Source: an uncultured Gemmatimonadaceae bacterium (GTDB taxonomy: Bacteria > Gemmatimonadota > Gemmatimonadetes > Gemmatimonadales > Gemmatimonadaceae). From it: a stretch of 64,000 bases of DNA. A program made the translations under genes and the position numbers. Positions 39,108 through 48,070 of the stretch are shown piece after piece. Location: NCBI GenBank assembly GCA_963817955.1, contig CAWFQK010000006.1:1-64000 (forward strand), given 5' to 3'. The notes under the pieces are model-generated. The model saw only the letters and a program-made list of their open reading frames with translations, did not search any database and had not been told where the DNA came from. Numbering within the stretch: the stretch's first letter is position 1; each line of letters begins with the position of its first letter.

Positions 39108-39870
39108 CGTTCCACCCACCGGGAACCGCCAAGATCGAGCATAATGCCGTTCCCAGTAACGGTTCGGCCAGGTTCGGCAGAAAGGTCCGCTCAACGCCAG
39201 GCTCTCCCTGGAGCGGTATGGCGATCAGGTCAGCGTGCACGTCCTCGGCGAGATTGAGAGTTCCTGTCAGCATGTCATCGTCGATTTCAACGCGGCGCAC
39301 GTCGAGTGTGCTCACGTGCGCATCGTGCCCGATGGCGTGCTCGACAATTTCGGGCGCCGAGCGCAGCGCTTCCTCATCCGCTGGAACGGACGTTCGGTCT
39401 GGAAACGCCAGCCACACGGATGCTCCAGCAGCGACGCATCTGAGTGCCACGGCGAGCGTCGGGCCATGAACATTGCCGTTCGGAAAGACGACGACGCAAC
39501 GCGATGCCGGGGCGTGCGACGAACGCGCCGCGACGTAGAGCGGCACGTTGGTGAGGCGGGCGATCGACGGCGCGATGCCGTCGCCAAGCCTCCGGTACTC
39601 GGGTGACGGGCGGCCAACGCCCACGACGATGATATCCGCGTTACAGTCTGCCGCAGCGATCAGAATTGCCGTCACGGGATCGCCGATCTCGAATTGCACG
39701 ACCGTGCCGGGGCGATCGGCAAACGTTTGTGCGACAGACACCGCCGCGTCGGCCGACGGGCCGCCATGTGTTCCAACGACTACCCGCCTCGGCCAGGACG
39801 AATCGAGTGCCGCGGCCGACCACGGCGCAGGCAGGGTAGCTCGGTCCGGAGTGTTCGCTGATTTCCTCAT
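39058..39870 (-). CDS. degenerate tandem universal stress protein (USP)
   Basis: AAGGAG RBS; VVVGTHG, GDPVTAIL..A...ADIIVVG, second ADLIAI...LL....CSILAVP. Confidence 0.65.
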   Translation of the reverse strand: MRKSANTPDRATLPAPWSAAALDSSWPRRVVVGTHGGPSADAAVSVAQTFADRPGTVVQFEIGDPVTAILIAAADCNADIIVVGVGRPSPEYRRLGDGIAPSIARLTNVPLYVAARSSHAPASRCVVVFPNGNVHGPTLAVALRCVAAGASVWLAFPDRTSVPADEEALRSAPEIVEHAIGHDAHVSTLDVRRVEIDDDMLTGTLNLAEDVHADLIAIPLQGEPGVERTFLPNLAEPLLGTALCSILAVPGGWNATRSRWRSSPVPPTAE

Positions 39871-40075
39871 GACGACTCCTTGGACAACCTTCTACAATCG
39901 TGCTCTCTCAGCAATCCGGAAGTCGGTGAGTTACCCTACTTGTGTCAGGGAACGGGGTAGGCGATACGCCGGATGTTTGTGGTGACTGCAGGTTCACACT
40001 CTCGACGTACATCCATGGCGCCCCTGCGCAAAATCGTCTATCCTCCGCAAACGGCGGCCTGGTTGAGGACTTCTC

Positions 40076-41566
40076 ATGGAAAACCCGCTCCGAGCGGCGG
40101 ATGGAAGATCGGCCCGCGTAGTTCACCTGGTGGGCGAGCTGGCGCCCTTCGCGAGAAGCGGTGGGCTCGGCGAAGCCGTCAATAGCCTCGCGCGCTTTCA
40201 GGCTGCCTCGGGGTTGGCGACGTCGATTGTCATGCCGCTCTATGATCAGGCGCGCGAGAACGCGGGCGACATCGAGCCCGTCGGCCCGCCCTTCCGTGTG
40301 CAGGTGGGGAAACGTTCGGAGCGCGTGCGACTCTGGAAGTACAATCCTGCGCCCGCCGATCCACTCGCGGACATCGATGTGTATTTCATCGAGAGCGAAG
40401 ATTACTTCTCGCGCTCGTTCATCTACGGGCCTCCTGGCGGCGACTACCTGGATAACGACCGGCGCTACGCCTGCTTCGCCATGGCCGCCCTGACGTCGCT
40501 CGAGACGATCGCGGGAGATGCGCCAGTGCTCTTGCACGTTCACGACTGGCACACGGCGCTCGCCCCCGTATACCTGCGCACGACGCTGGCACACGACTCA
40601 CGCTTCGCGGGCGTGCAAGTGGTCCTCACGGTCCATAACGCCGGCTATCAGGGCCACTTCCCGTTCGATGTCATGGAGCAGCTCGGGCTACCGCCGTCAC
40701 TCTACAACTGGAGGCAGCTCGAATGGCACGGGCGGGTGAACGTGCTCAAAGGCGGGCTGGTCTTTGCCGACGCGGTCACCACCGTCAGCCCCACGCATGC
40801 GCACGAACTGCGCACTGCGGCAGGCGGCTTTGGGCTCGAGGGTGTATTCGTTGCCCTGCGCGACCGATTCGTGGGCATCACCAACGGCATCGACCAGCAG
40901 ATCTGGGATCCGGTCACCGATCCGCTCATTCCGGCCAACTACTCCCTCCATTCGCTCGCTGGAAAGCTCCAGTGCCGCGAAGACCTGCAGCGCGAAACGG
41001 GGCTTCGGCCCACCGACGAGATGCCGATCGTGGCCATGAGCGCACGGCTCGTATCGCAAAAGGGGCTCGACCTCATCCTCGGTGACGCGGGCTATTTCGC
41101 GTTCGACGCCCAGTATCTCTTCCTCGGCGCCGGCGAGCCGCGCTACGAGGACGCTTTGCACGCCATTGCCGGCCGCGCACCGAACCGCATCGTCGTAGAG
41201 ACACGATTCACCGAAGAGCGCGAACATCGTCTGCTCGCCGGTGCCGACATGTGCCTCATGCCCTCCCTGTATGAACCGTGCGGCCTCACGCAGATGCGCG
41301 CCCAACGGTACGGCACACTGCCCGTCGCGCGTCGTGTCGGTGGTCTTGCCGACACCATCGAAGATGGCGTGACCGGCTTTCTATTCGATGACTACACGCC
41401 GGCGGATTTCATGCGCGCCATGGCGCGTGCCTTCGATCAGTTCGAGCAGCCCGATGGTTGGCTGGCGATGATGCGCTCGGCGATGGCGCGCGATTTCGGT
41501 TGGGAGCAATCGGCGCAGAAGTATCTGGCGCTGTATCGCCGAGTGATGGGCTCGCCTACACTCTGA
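40076..41566 (+). CDS. glgA: glycogen synthase (GT5)
   Basis: ELAPFARSGGL, HVHDWH, TVHNAGYQG, TVSPTHA.E, NGID, RLVSQKG, PSLYEPCGLTQM, GGLADT. Confidence 0.93.
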   Translation: MENPLRAADGRSARVVHLVGELAPFARSGGLGEAVNSLARFQAASGLATSIVMPLYDQARENAGDIEPVGPPFRVQVGKRSERVRLWKYNPAPADPLADIDVYFIESEDYFSRSFIYGPPGGDYLDNDRRYACFAMAALTSLETIAGDAPVLLHVHDWHTALAPVYLRTTLAHDSRFAGVQVVLTVHNAGYQGHFPFDVMEQLGLPPSLYNWRQLEWHGRVNVLKGGLVFADAVTTVSPTHAHELRTAAGGFGLEGVFVALRDRFVGITNGIDQQIWDPVTDPLIPANYSLHSLAGKLQCREDLQRETGLRPTDEMPIVAMSARLVSQKGLDLILGDAGYFAFDAQYLFLGAGEPRYEDALHAIAGRAPNRIVVETRFTEEREHRLLAGADMCLMPSLYEPCGLTQMRAQRYGTLPVARRVGGLADTIEDGVTGFLFDDYTPADFMRAMARAFDQFEQPDGWLAMMRSAMARDFGWEQSAQKYLALYRRVMGSPTL

Positions 41567-42689
41567 CCAGGCGCCGCCGCTCGGCGAGCTCGGCGATGGC
41601 GTTGTCGCACGCATGCAGACACCGCCGCAGACCCTCGACGGTGTGATCGCCCATGTGGCCAATACGGATGGTCGTTTCGGCGAGCTGGCCGTAGCCGCCA
41701 CCCACGGTATAACCACGCGTCAGGATCTTCTCGCGCAGTTCTTTGACGGACATTCCGGCTGGCAACGAAACGGCGGTCACGGTTGGCGAGCGTGATCCTT
41801 CGGGCGCGATGATGCCGATGTCCACACCACGCCGGCGCGCGACGTCTTGGACCCAGTCAATGGTCGCGTCGCGCATGGTGAGATGGCGCTCCCACCGCCG
41901 CTCGATACCCTCGCGGCCGATGTTCCCCATCTGCGCTTCGACCGCGTACAGCAGCGAGGTCGCGGGGGTACTCGGCGTCTGGTTCTTCTGCGCGAAGGCG
42001 TCATACAACAAGACGTCGAAGTAGAATCCGCGGTTCCGTACCTTTTTCGCGCGTTCCACGTAATCCGCGGACGCCACGGCAAACGCGAGACCGGGTGGCA
42101 GCGCGAGCGCCTTCTGCGAACCGGTGAGAACGAAATCGAGCCCCCACCCATCGACGGTCAACTCCACGCCGCCGAGCGCGGAGACGCTGTCGACGATCGC
42201 GATCGCGCCATGGCGGTGGGCCACCTCGGCGACGGCAGCTACATCTGTCAGCACGCCGGTGGACGTCTCGCAATGTGCGACGGTGACCGCGACGAAATCC
42301 GTCTTGGACAGCGCGTCCTCCACGACATTCAGATCGAAGGTGCCGCCCCACGGCACAATGATTCGTTCGACGCGCCGCTCGCATGATTCGGCCACCCTGG
42401 CGAACCGCTCCGAGAAGCCGCCGTTCACCAAGGCGAGGATTGGCCCCTCGGCCGTATTGCGAATGGCCATTTCCATGAACCCGGTCGCCGAAGCCGCTCC
42501 GATGTACACGGGTCGCGCCGTGAGAAACACGTCGCGGAGTCCCGCCTCGATGCGCGCAAACATGGCCTCGAACGCTTTGCCGCGGTGTCCCATCATGGGC
42601 CGCGTCATCTGCTCGAGTATTTCCGGCCGGACCTCTGTGGGGCCCGGAATGAAGAACGTTCCGAACGGAGCGGTGGACGCGTCAGCCAT
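41556..42689 (-). CDS. class V aminotransferase, alanine-glyoxylate / serine-pyruvate type
   Basis: FIPGPTEV, HR, HCETSTG, DSVSALG, GSQKALALPPG, RIGHMG. Confidence 0.92.
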   Translation of the reverse strand: MADASTAPFGTFFIPGPTEVRPEILEQMTRPMMGHRGKAFEAMFARIEAGLRDVFLTARPVYIGAASATGFMEMAIRNTAEGPILALVNGGFSERFARVAESCERRVERIIVPWGGTFDLNVVEDALSKTDFVAVTVAHCETSTGVLTDVAAVAEVAHRHGAIAIVDSVSALGGVELTVDGWGLDFVLTGSQKALALPPGLAFAVASADYVERAKKVRNRGFYFDVLLYDAFAQKNQTPSTPATSLLYAVEAQMGNIGREGIERRWERHLTMRDATIDWVQDVARRRGVDIGIIAPEGSRSPTVTAVSLPAGMSVKELREKILTRGYTVGGGYGQLAETTIRIGHMGDHTVEGLRRCLHACDNAIAELAERRRLVRV

Positions 42690-42794
42690 ACGTCGTAATC
42701 TAGCGGCGGCCTTCACGCTCGACACGCCGCACGATAGGGACGATACTTCCCGCGGGGCGATTGACCTTTTCCCCGTAATTCTTCGGCTCACGCG

Positions 42795-43304
42795 ATGACC
42801 GTCTCGTACGAAAACAGCAAGATCATCTTCGAGGGAATCAAGGCCGCGGGCATCAAATCCGTGTCGGCCCTTCCCGAAACCTGGCTCGGCCTTCTCCTCC
42901 AGCGCGCCGAGGACGACCCCGACGTCCAACTCGTGCAAGTCGCCAGGGAGGAGGAAGCGGTCGGCATCGCCGCCGGTGCGTACTTCGCCGGCACACCGCA
43001 TGTCCTCCTCATGCAGAACCACGGCTTCTTCGGCGCGATCAACGGCATCGTCTCGCTTGCCCAGCTCTATCACATTCCGCTGTGCATGCTGATCGCGTTC
43101 CGTGGCCACTGGGGGGAACCATACCCGTGGCACACACGTGGAGGCATCGTCACGGAAGGCCTGCTCCGCGCCCTCGACATTCCCTTCGAGTACGCGCGTG
43201 ATCCGCAGAAGGTCGCCAAGCAGATTCGCGAGGCGTGGACGTTCTCGCAGAGTTCTCTCTCTCCGGTTGCGCTCCTGCTCACCCGCGACCTGATGGAGGA
43301 CTGA
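42795..43304 (+). CDS. ThDP-dependent decarboxylase alpha subunit (sulfopyruvate decarboxylase ComD-like)
   Basis: ALPETWL, VAREEEAVGIAAGAY, MQNHG, IPL.MLI..RG..GE. Confidence 0.85.
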   Translation: MTVSYENSKIIFEGIKAAGIKSVSALPETWLGLLLQRAEDDPDVQLVQVAREEEAVGIAAGAYFAGTPHVLLMQNHGFFGAINGIVSLAQLYHIPLCMLIAFRGHWGEPYPWHTRGGIVTEGLLRALDIPFEYARDPQKVAKQIREAWTFSQSSLSPVALLLTRDLMED

Positions 43305-43894
43305 TGGAACGCGCCGGCTGTCTCGAGATGATCTGCCCCGAGCTGCAGGACAAGCTCGTCGTCACGATCATGGGTGCGTGTGCCCAGGAGCTCTACAACC
43401 TCGGCCATCGCGACAACTACTTCTATCTCCAGCACGCAATGGGGCTCGCGTCGTCCATTGGGCTCGGGCTGGCAACGCACCTTCCCGACGAACGGGTGGT
43501 TGTGCTCGACGGTGACGGCTCGGTGCTGATGAACCTGGGAACTTTCGCTACACTCGCCCGCTACCGGCCCAAGAATTTGATACATGTGGTTTTCGACAAC
43601 GGAAGTCTCCTCTCTACCGGCGGCTTCGACTCGCAGACAACCTCCGGGGTGACTGATATCGCGGCGATCGCGCGCGGCGCGGGGATCGAGCACGTCGCGT
43701 CGGCTGCCACCACGGTCGAATTTGGCGAGGCGTTCATGGCGGCGCTCGAGCGCGAGGCACTGAGCGTGATCGTCGCCAGCGTCGCCGCCGTCGGCCCCGA
43801 GCACTACGGAATGGACCTGCAGTTGCCCGAGAACGCCTTCCGCTTCCGGCGTTGGATCCTCGACCGAAAGCGTTCGACGCGAGTGGTCTCTTGA
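43304..43894 (+). CDS. ThDP-dependent decarboxylase beta subunit (ComE-like)
   Basis: MGLASSIGLGLA, LDGDGSVLMNLG...FDNG ThDP motif, STGG; TGATG-coupled. Confidence 0.85.
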   Translation: MERAGCLEMICPELQDKLVVTIMGACAQELYNLGHRDNYFYLQHAMGLASSIGLGLATHLPDERVVVLDGDGSVLMNLGTFATLARYRPKNLIHVVFDNGSLLSTGGFDSQTTSGVTDIAAIARGAGIEHVASAATTVEFGEAFMAALEREALSVIVASVAAVGPEHYGMDLQLPENAFRFRRWILDRKRSTRVVS

Positions 43895-45045
43895 CCGGCG
43901 CCATCCCCGGATACGATCTCGACGCGTGGCGGCGCCAGATCCCGCTGCTCGGATGGTGCATTCCGATGAACAATTGCTCGCAGGCGCCTCAGACAGACGC
44001 CACCCGCGCGGCCGCCGAGCGGTATCTCGAGTCGTGGAACCACATCGGGATGGACTGGGATGCCTGGATGTCCGAGGTGGCGCTCGCGAAGATCGAGTTC
44101 GCGAGGCTGATCGGCGCGTCGGCGCACGACATTGCCGTATTCAGCTCCGTATCGGAGGCGACGAGCGCGGTCGCCAGCGCGATCGACTTCGGCCGCGGAC
44201 GCGCGAAGATCGTCGTGAGCGAGGCCGAATTTCCGAGCATTGCACAGGTGTGGCTCGCACAGGAACCGCGTGGCGCGCACGTATCCTGGGCGCCGGTGCG
44301 AGAGGAGATGATCGATCCGGGCGTGTACGATACGCTGATCGACGAGCGCACCGCGGTTGTCTCGGCATGCCACGGCTACTACTTGAACGGATTCATTCAG
44401 GACACGGCGCGCATCGCCGCACGGGCGCACGAAGCCGGCGCACTCTCGTTCGTGGACGTGTATCAGACGCTGGGCACGGTGCCGGTCGATGTGCGCGCCC
44501 TTGGAATTGACTTTCTCGCCTCGGGGAATCTCAAATTCCTCATGGGCATTCCCGGGATCGCCTTCCTGTACGTGCGACCGGAGATCGTCGAATCGCTACA
44601 CCCGAGCGTGACGGGCTGGTTCGGTCGCGCCAATCCATTCGCGTTCGACGCCAAGTCACTCGACTGGTCGCCGACGGCGAGCCGGTTCGACAGCGGCACA
44701 CCGCCGGTGATCAACGCATACGTGGCGCGCGCGGGAATGGAGATGATCAATGCCATCGGGCCCGCGAAGATCCGGGCCTGGCTCGAAGTTCTTGGTCGGC
44801 GCTTGATCGAGGGCGGCCGTTCGCGAGGTCTCACGCTGCACGGTTCGGACGACATCAGTCGCAAGACCGCGACGACGGCGTTCGTCGTGGGCAATTCGCA
44901 CGCGGTGGAGTCGGCGATGCGTGCGCGCGGCGTCATCCCTTCGGCGCGCGGCAGCGTGATCCGACTGGCTCCTCATTTTTATACGATGCTTGAAGATATC
45001 GATCGCGCGTTGGATGTTCTCGCCGACGTGGAACACGCCACGTGA
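43891..45045 (+). CDS. class V PLP enzyme, kynureninase-like
   Basis: EFPS, DVYQTLG, SGNLKFLMGIPGIAFLY, GWF, RFDSGTPP, IRLAPHFY; TTG start overlaps the upstream stop. Confidence 0.75.
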   Translation: MTGAIPGYDLDAWRRQIPLLGWCIPMNNCSQAPQTDATRAAAERYLESWNHIGMDWDAWMSEVALAKIEFARLIGASAHDIAVFSSVSEATSAVASAIDFGRGRAKIVVSEAEFPSIAQVWLAQEPRGAHVSWAPVREEMIDPGVYDTLIDERTAVVSACHGYYLNGFIQDTARIAARAHEAGALSFVDVYQTLGTVPVDVRALGIDFLASGNLKFLMGIPGIAFLYVRPEIVESLHPSVTGWFGRANPFAFDAKSLDWSPTASRFDSGTPPVINAYVARAGMEMINAIGPAKIRAWLEVLGRRLIEGGRSRGLTLHGSDDISRKTATTAFVVGNSHAVESAMRARGVIPSARGSVIRLAPHFYTMLEDIDRALDVLADVEHAT

Positions 45046-46379
45046 ACGAAGCTCGAGAAACGTTCGGGTCTCGCTTCGGCGGCCTGATGACGATCGTCGG
45101 CGTATCCATCGGGCTGGGCCACGTGTGGCGCTTTCCGTACATGGTCGGGAAGTTCGGCGGCGCCGCATTCGTGCTTTTCTATACGTTGGTGTCGGTCGTC
45201 ATTGGCGTGCCGGCGTTGATGGCCGAGTTTGCGCTCGGCCGCCACACGCGTCGCGGACCGGTAGGTGCCTTCCAACTCGGCGGGTTTCCGTTCGGCCGCT
45301 ACGTCGGCTGGTTCTTCTTTTTCGTCGTCACTGCGGCCACTGGTTATTACTCGGCGGTCATTGGTTGGGTGCTCTACTACGCGGTCGGTCAAGTGGCGAC
45401 GGTCGCGCACATCCCGTTCGACGCTGCGGCCATTCTGCCGCCAGATCACGGCTTTGTGCTCAAGTCGTTCCTGCTGCAGCTCGTCTTCACGGGCATTGTG
45501 CTCCTCGCCTGCGCGCTCGTGGTGCTCAAAGGCGTGCGCAAGGGGATCGAGGTCGTGAGCATGATCGTGCTGCCGGCAATGACGATCATAACCATCCTGG
45601 TCATGATCCGGTCGCTGACACTGCCCGGCGCCATGGCTGGTGTGCGCTGGTATCTGCTCGAATTCCGTTTTGCCGATTTGACTGCCAACGTGATGGCGGC
45701 GGCCATTGGCCACGCCATCTTTGCCCTGTCGCTCGGCGGCACATTCATGGTGGTGTACGGGTCGTACCTGCACGCCGATGAGCCGCTCGCGCGTCCGGCC
45801 CTCTGGACGGTGATCGGTGACACCGGCTCATCGCTGATTGCGGGACTCGCGGTGATTCCGGCGGTGTTTGCGTTCGGTCTCGAGCCGGCATCGGGACCGG
45901 GGCTCATCTTCACCACCTTGCCGAGAGTGTTCGCGGCGATGCCGGCGGGATGGCTGTTCGGTGCGCTCTTCTTCATCAGCCTGTTCGGGGCCGGTTATCT
46001 GTCCGACATTGGCGCAGTGGAAGTGCTGGTTGCGGGGCTCACCGACAACACGCGGTTCACGCGCAAGCGCGCGGTGTGGGTGATGTCTGCGGCCTGCTTC
46101 GTCCTCGCGATTCCACCGAGCATCAACAACGCGATCTTCGTTCCCTGGGACCTGACGTTTGGCTCGGGAATGCAGACGCTCGGATCGCTGCTCGCCGTGG
46201 TCACGATTGGATGGTGCTTGCACCGCGCCGCGGCGCTGAAGGAGTTGTTCGGTGCGGGCGAGAAACCCGTGCCGATGTGGATCTTCAACTGGATCCGGTT
46301 CGGCATTCCGGTGATCATCCTCGGCGTTGGTGTGTACTGGCTGCTGACGCAGGTATTCCGCACCTTTAGCGGCGTTTGA
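45042..46379 (+). CDS. neurotransmitter:sodium symporter (NSS/SNF) family transporter
   Basis: RETFGSRFG, IGLGHVWRFPY...GGAAF..Y, EFALGR, GVRKGIE, GPGLIF.TLP. Confidence 0.92.
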   Translation: MNEARETFGSRFGGLMTIVGVSIGLGHVWRFPYMVGKFGGAAFVLFYTLVSVVIGVPALMAEFALGRHTRRGPVGAFQLGGFPFGRYVGWFFFFVVTAATGYYSAVIGWVLYYAVGQVATVAHIPFDAAAILPPDHGFVLKSFLLQLVFTGIVLLACALVVLKGVRKGIEVVSMIVLPAMTIITILVMIRSLTLPGAMAGVRWYLLEFRFADLTANVMAAAIGHAIFALSLGGTFMVVYGSYLHADEPLARPALWTVIGDTGSSLIAGLAVIPAVFAFGLEPASGPGLIFTTLPRVFAAMPAGWLFGALFFISLFGAGYLSDIGAVEVLVAGLTDNTRFTRKRAVWVMSAACFVLAIPPSINNAIFVPWDLTFGSGMQTLGSLLAVVTIGWCLHRAAALKELFGAGEKPVPMWIFNWIRFGIPVIILGVGVYWLLTQVFRTFSGV

Positions 46380-46429
46380 CACACACCGCGGTCTTCTTGC
46401 GGTCAACTCTTCACTTCAGGAATTGATCA

Positions 46430-47206
46430 ATGTCGGTTCTCGCCGATCTCGTCGCCGCTCTTGATTCGGGCGAATTGAACGTTGTGGATCTCACACAGCC
46501 GCTCGGACCCGATACGCCGGTGATCGGGTTGCCACCAATCTTTGCGTCATCGCCTGGCGTCTCGATGGACGTCATCTCACGCTACGACGCGCAGGGACCG
46601 GGGTGGTACTGGAAGACCATTCGGATGGGTGAGCATACCGGAACACACTTCGACGCTCCGGTGCACTGGATCACCGGCAAAGATCTTCCCGACAATCGGT
46701 GCGACACGATTCCGGCGCGCCGCTTCGTCGGCCCCGCCTGCGTGATCGACGTGACGGCCGAGGTTGCGAAGAATGAGGATTTCTTGCTGATGCCGGAGCA
46801 CGTGACGGCATGGGAGCAGGCACACGGCCGGATTCCTCGCGGCGCATGGGTGCTGTTGCGCACCGGCTGGAGCAAGCGAACCGACCCGTCAGAGTTCCTC
46901 AACGTGAAGGCCGACGGCCCGCACAGCCCCGGATTCCACAGGAGCACGTCCGAACTGTTGGCGAGGGACCGCGACATTCTCGGTGTGGGCGTCGAGACGG
47001 TAGGCACTGACGCCGGGCAGGCAGGCACGTTCGATCCCCCGTTCCCGAATCACACGACGATGCACGGCAACGGCAAGTTCGGGTTGGCGAGCCTGTGCAA
47101 CCTCGACCGACTCCCAGCGACCGGCGCGGTGGTGATTGCGGCACCGCTCAAGCTCGTACAGGGAAGCGGCAGTCCGCTACGTGTGCTGGCCCTTGCGCCG
47201 GTGTAG
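46430..47206 (+). CDS. cyclase-family metallohydrolase (isatin hydrolase / kynurenine formamidase-like)
   Basis: EHTGTHFDAPVHWITG metal motif, GPHSPG, GTDAGQA, GLASL.NLD.LP, APLK...GSGSP.R. Confidence 0.9.
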   Translation: MSVLADLVAALDSGELNVVDLTQPLGPDTPVIGLPPIFASSPGVSMDVISRYDAQGPGWYWKTIRMGEHTGTHFDAPVHWITGKDLPDNRCDTIPARRFVGPACVIDVTAEVAKNEDFLLMPEHVTAWEQAHGRIPRGAWVLLRTGWSKRTDPSEFLNVKADGPHSPGFHRSTSELLARDRDILGVGVETVGTDAGQAGTFDPPFPNHTTMHGNGKFGLASLCNLDRLPATGAVVIAAPLKLVQGSGSPLRVLALAPV

Positions 47207-47343
47207 AAGGCAGAAGGCGGTTGAGGCAGCAGCCGGCGGCGCGTCGTGGCCATTCATGCGAATCTGGCCTGGCGCGCACGCCGGTACAATGCCTGAGTCT
47301 GGCCTTCAGCCGCGGTTCTGACGAACCTCCGACAGAGCGTGAC

Positions 47344-47952
47344 TCAGCGTGGTGGTGGCTTCAGGCCGGCTTTCACCGAGTCCGCTGCGGCGCGATTGCC
47401 CTTGCCCTTGTTGATGCGATGCTCGGCGCTTTCCCGTACCCACCCGGCGACGCCGCGCAGACCTCCGAATTGCTTCGACGATATCACAGCTCCGGAATTG
47501 GCGTCAACGATCACTTTCGTGTGCGTCTTCATCTTGTTGGGTATCACGTCGATTGCGTACTCCACTATGCCGTTGTCGTTGTTCATCTCACCCGATCCCA
47601 CCTGGCCTGGTACGGCACAGAGCGCGAGCGCTTTCGCGGAGTCTGGAGAGATCATTCCCGAGCCCGGCACGTAGAGATCAGTCTTGATGGCGACACGGCG
47701 GACTTCCAGTGTGTCGTAGCTGGGACAACTCGTGGCGCGATACCACTCGGGCAAGGGCGCGACGGTCGGTGACACGCTCATGGTCGTCGTGTCCATTGCG
47801 CTCATCGTGTCGGGTGTCGTGGGCGTCGCAGCCGGTAACTCCTTGTGGATTCGGATGCGCTGGCTGGACGCGGCCGGCTCCTGCGCCTGCACGCCGGCGG
47901 CGGCGACGAGGAGCACGGCGGCGGCGGCTGTGGTGATAACGGTAATTCTCAT
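47344..47952 (-). CDS. exported PepSY-domain protein
   Basis: Signal peptide; ISPDSAKALAL..VPGQV...E.....Y.IDV.......V.VDANSGAVI. Confidence 0.75.
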   Translation of the reverse strand: MRITVITTAAAAVLLVAAAGVQAQEPAASSQRIRIHKELPAATPTTPDTMSAMDTTTMSVSPTVAPLPEWYRATSCPSYDTLEVRRVAIKTDLYVPGSGMISPDSAKALALCAVPGQVGSGEMNNDNGIVEYAIDVIPNKMKTHTKVIVDANSGAVISSKQFGGLRGVAGWVRESAEHRINKGKGNRAAADSVKAGLKPPPR

Positions 47953-48070
47953 TGCATGCACCTCTGCTGCGGTTGCGTGGTCGGGCTCGCCGGCGTGGCG
48001 AGCCGCGCCCGGATATAAAGGCAACCTGCGTGCACGTACGGAATCGGAGCGGCGATTCCGCGCAACGACC

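Noticed and set aside
42795..43894. Coenzyme M or phosphonate biosynthesis
   Set aside because: No comA/B/C, cysteate synthase or PEP mutase genes nearby; the context looks catabolic.
48021..48060. Sigma54-like GTGCACG-N4-TTGC upstream of pepSY (minus strand) and hairpin CGGAATCG/CGATTCCG after gspE
   Set aside because: The near-invariant -24 GG is missing and the hairpin has no U-tract; too weak to call.
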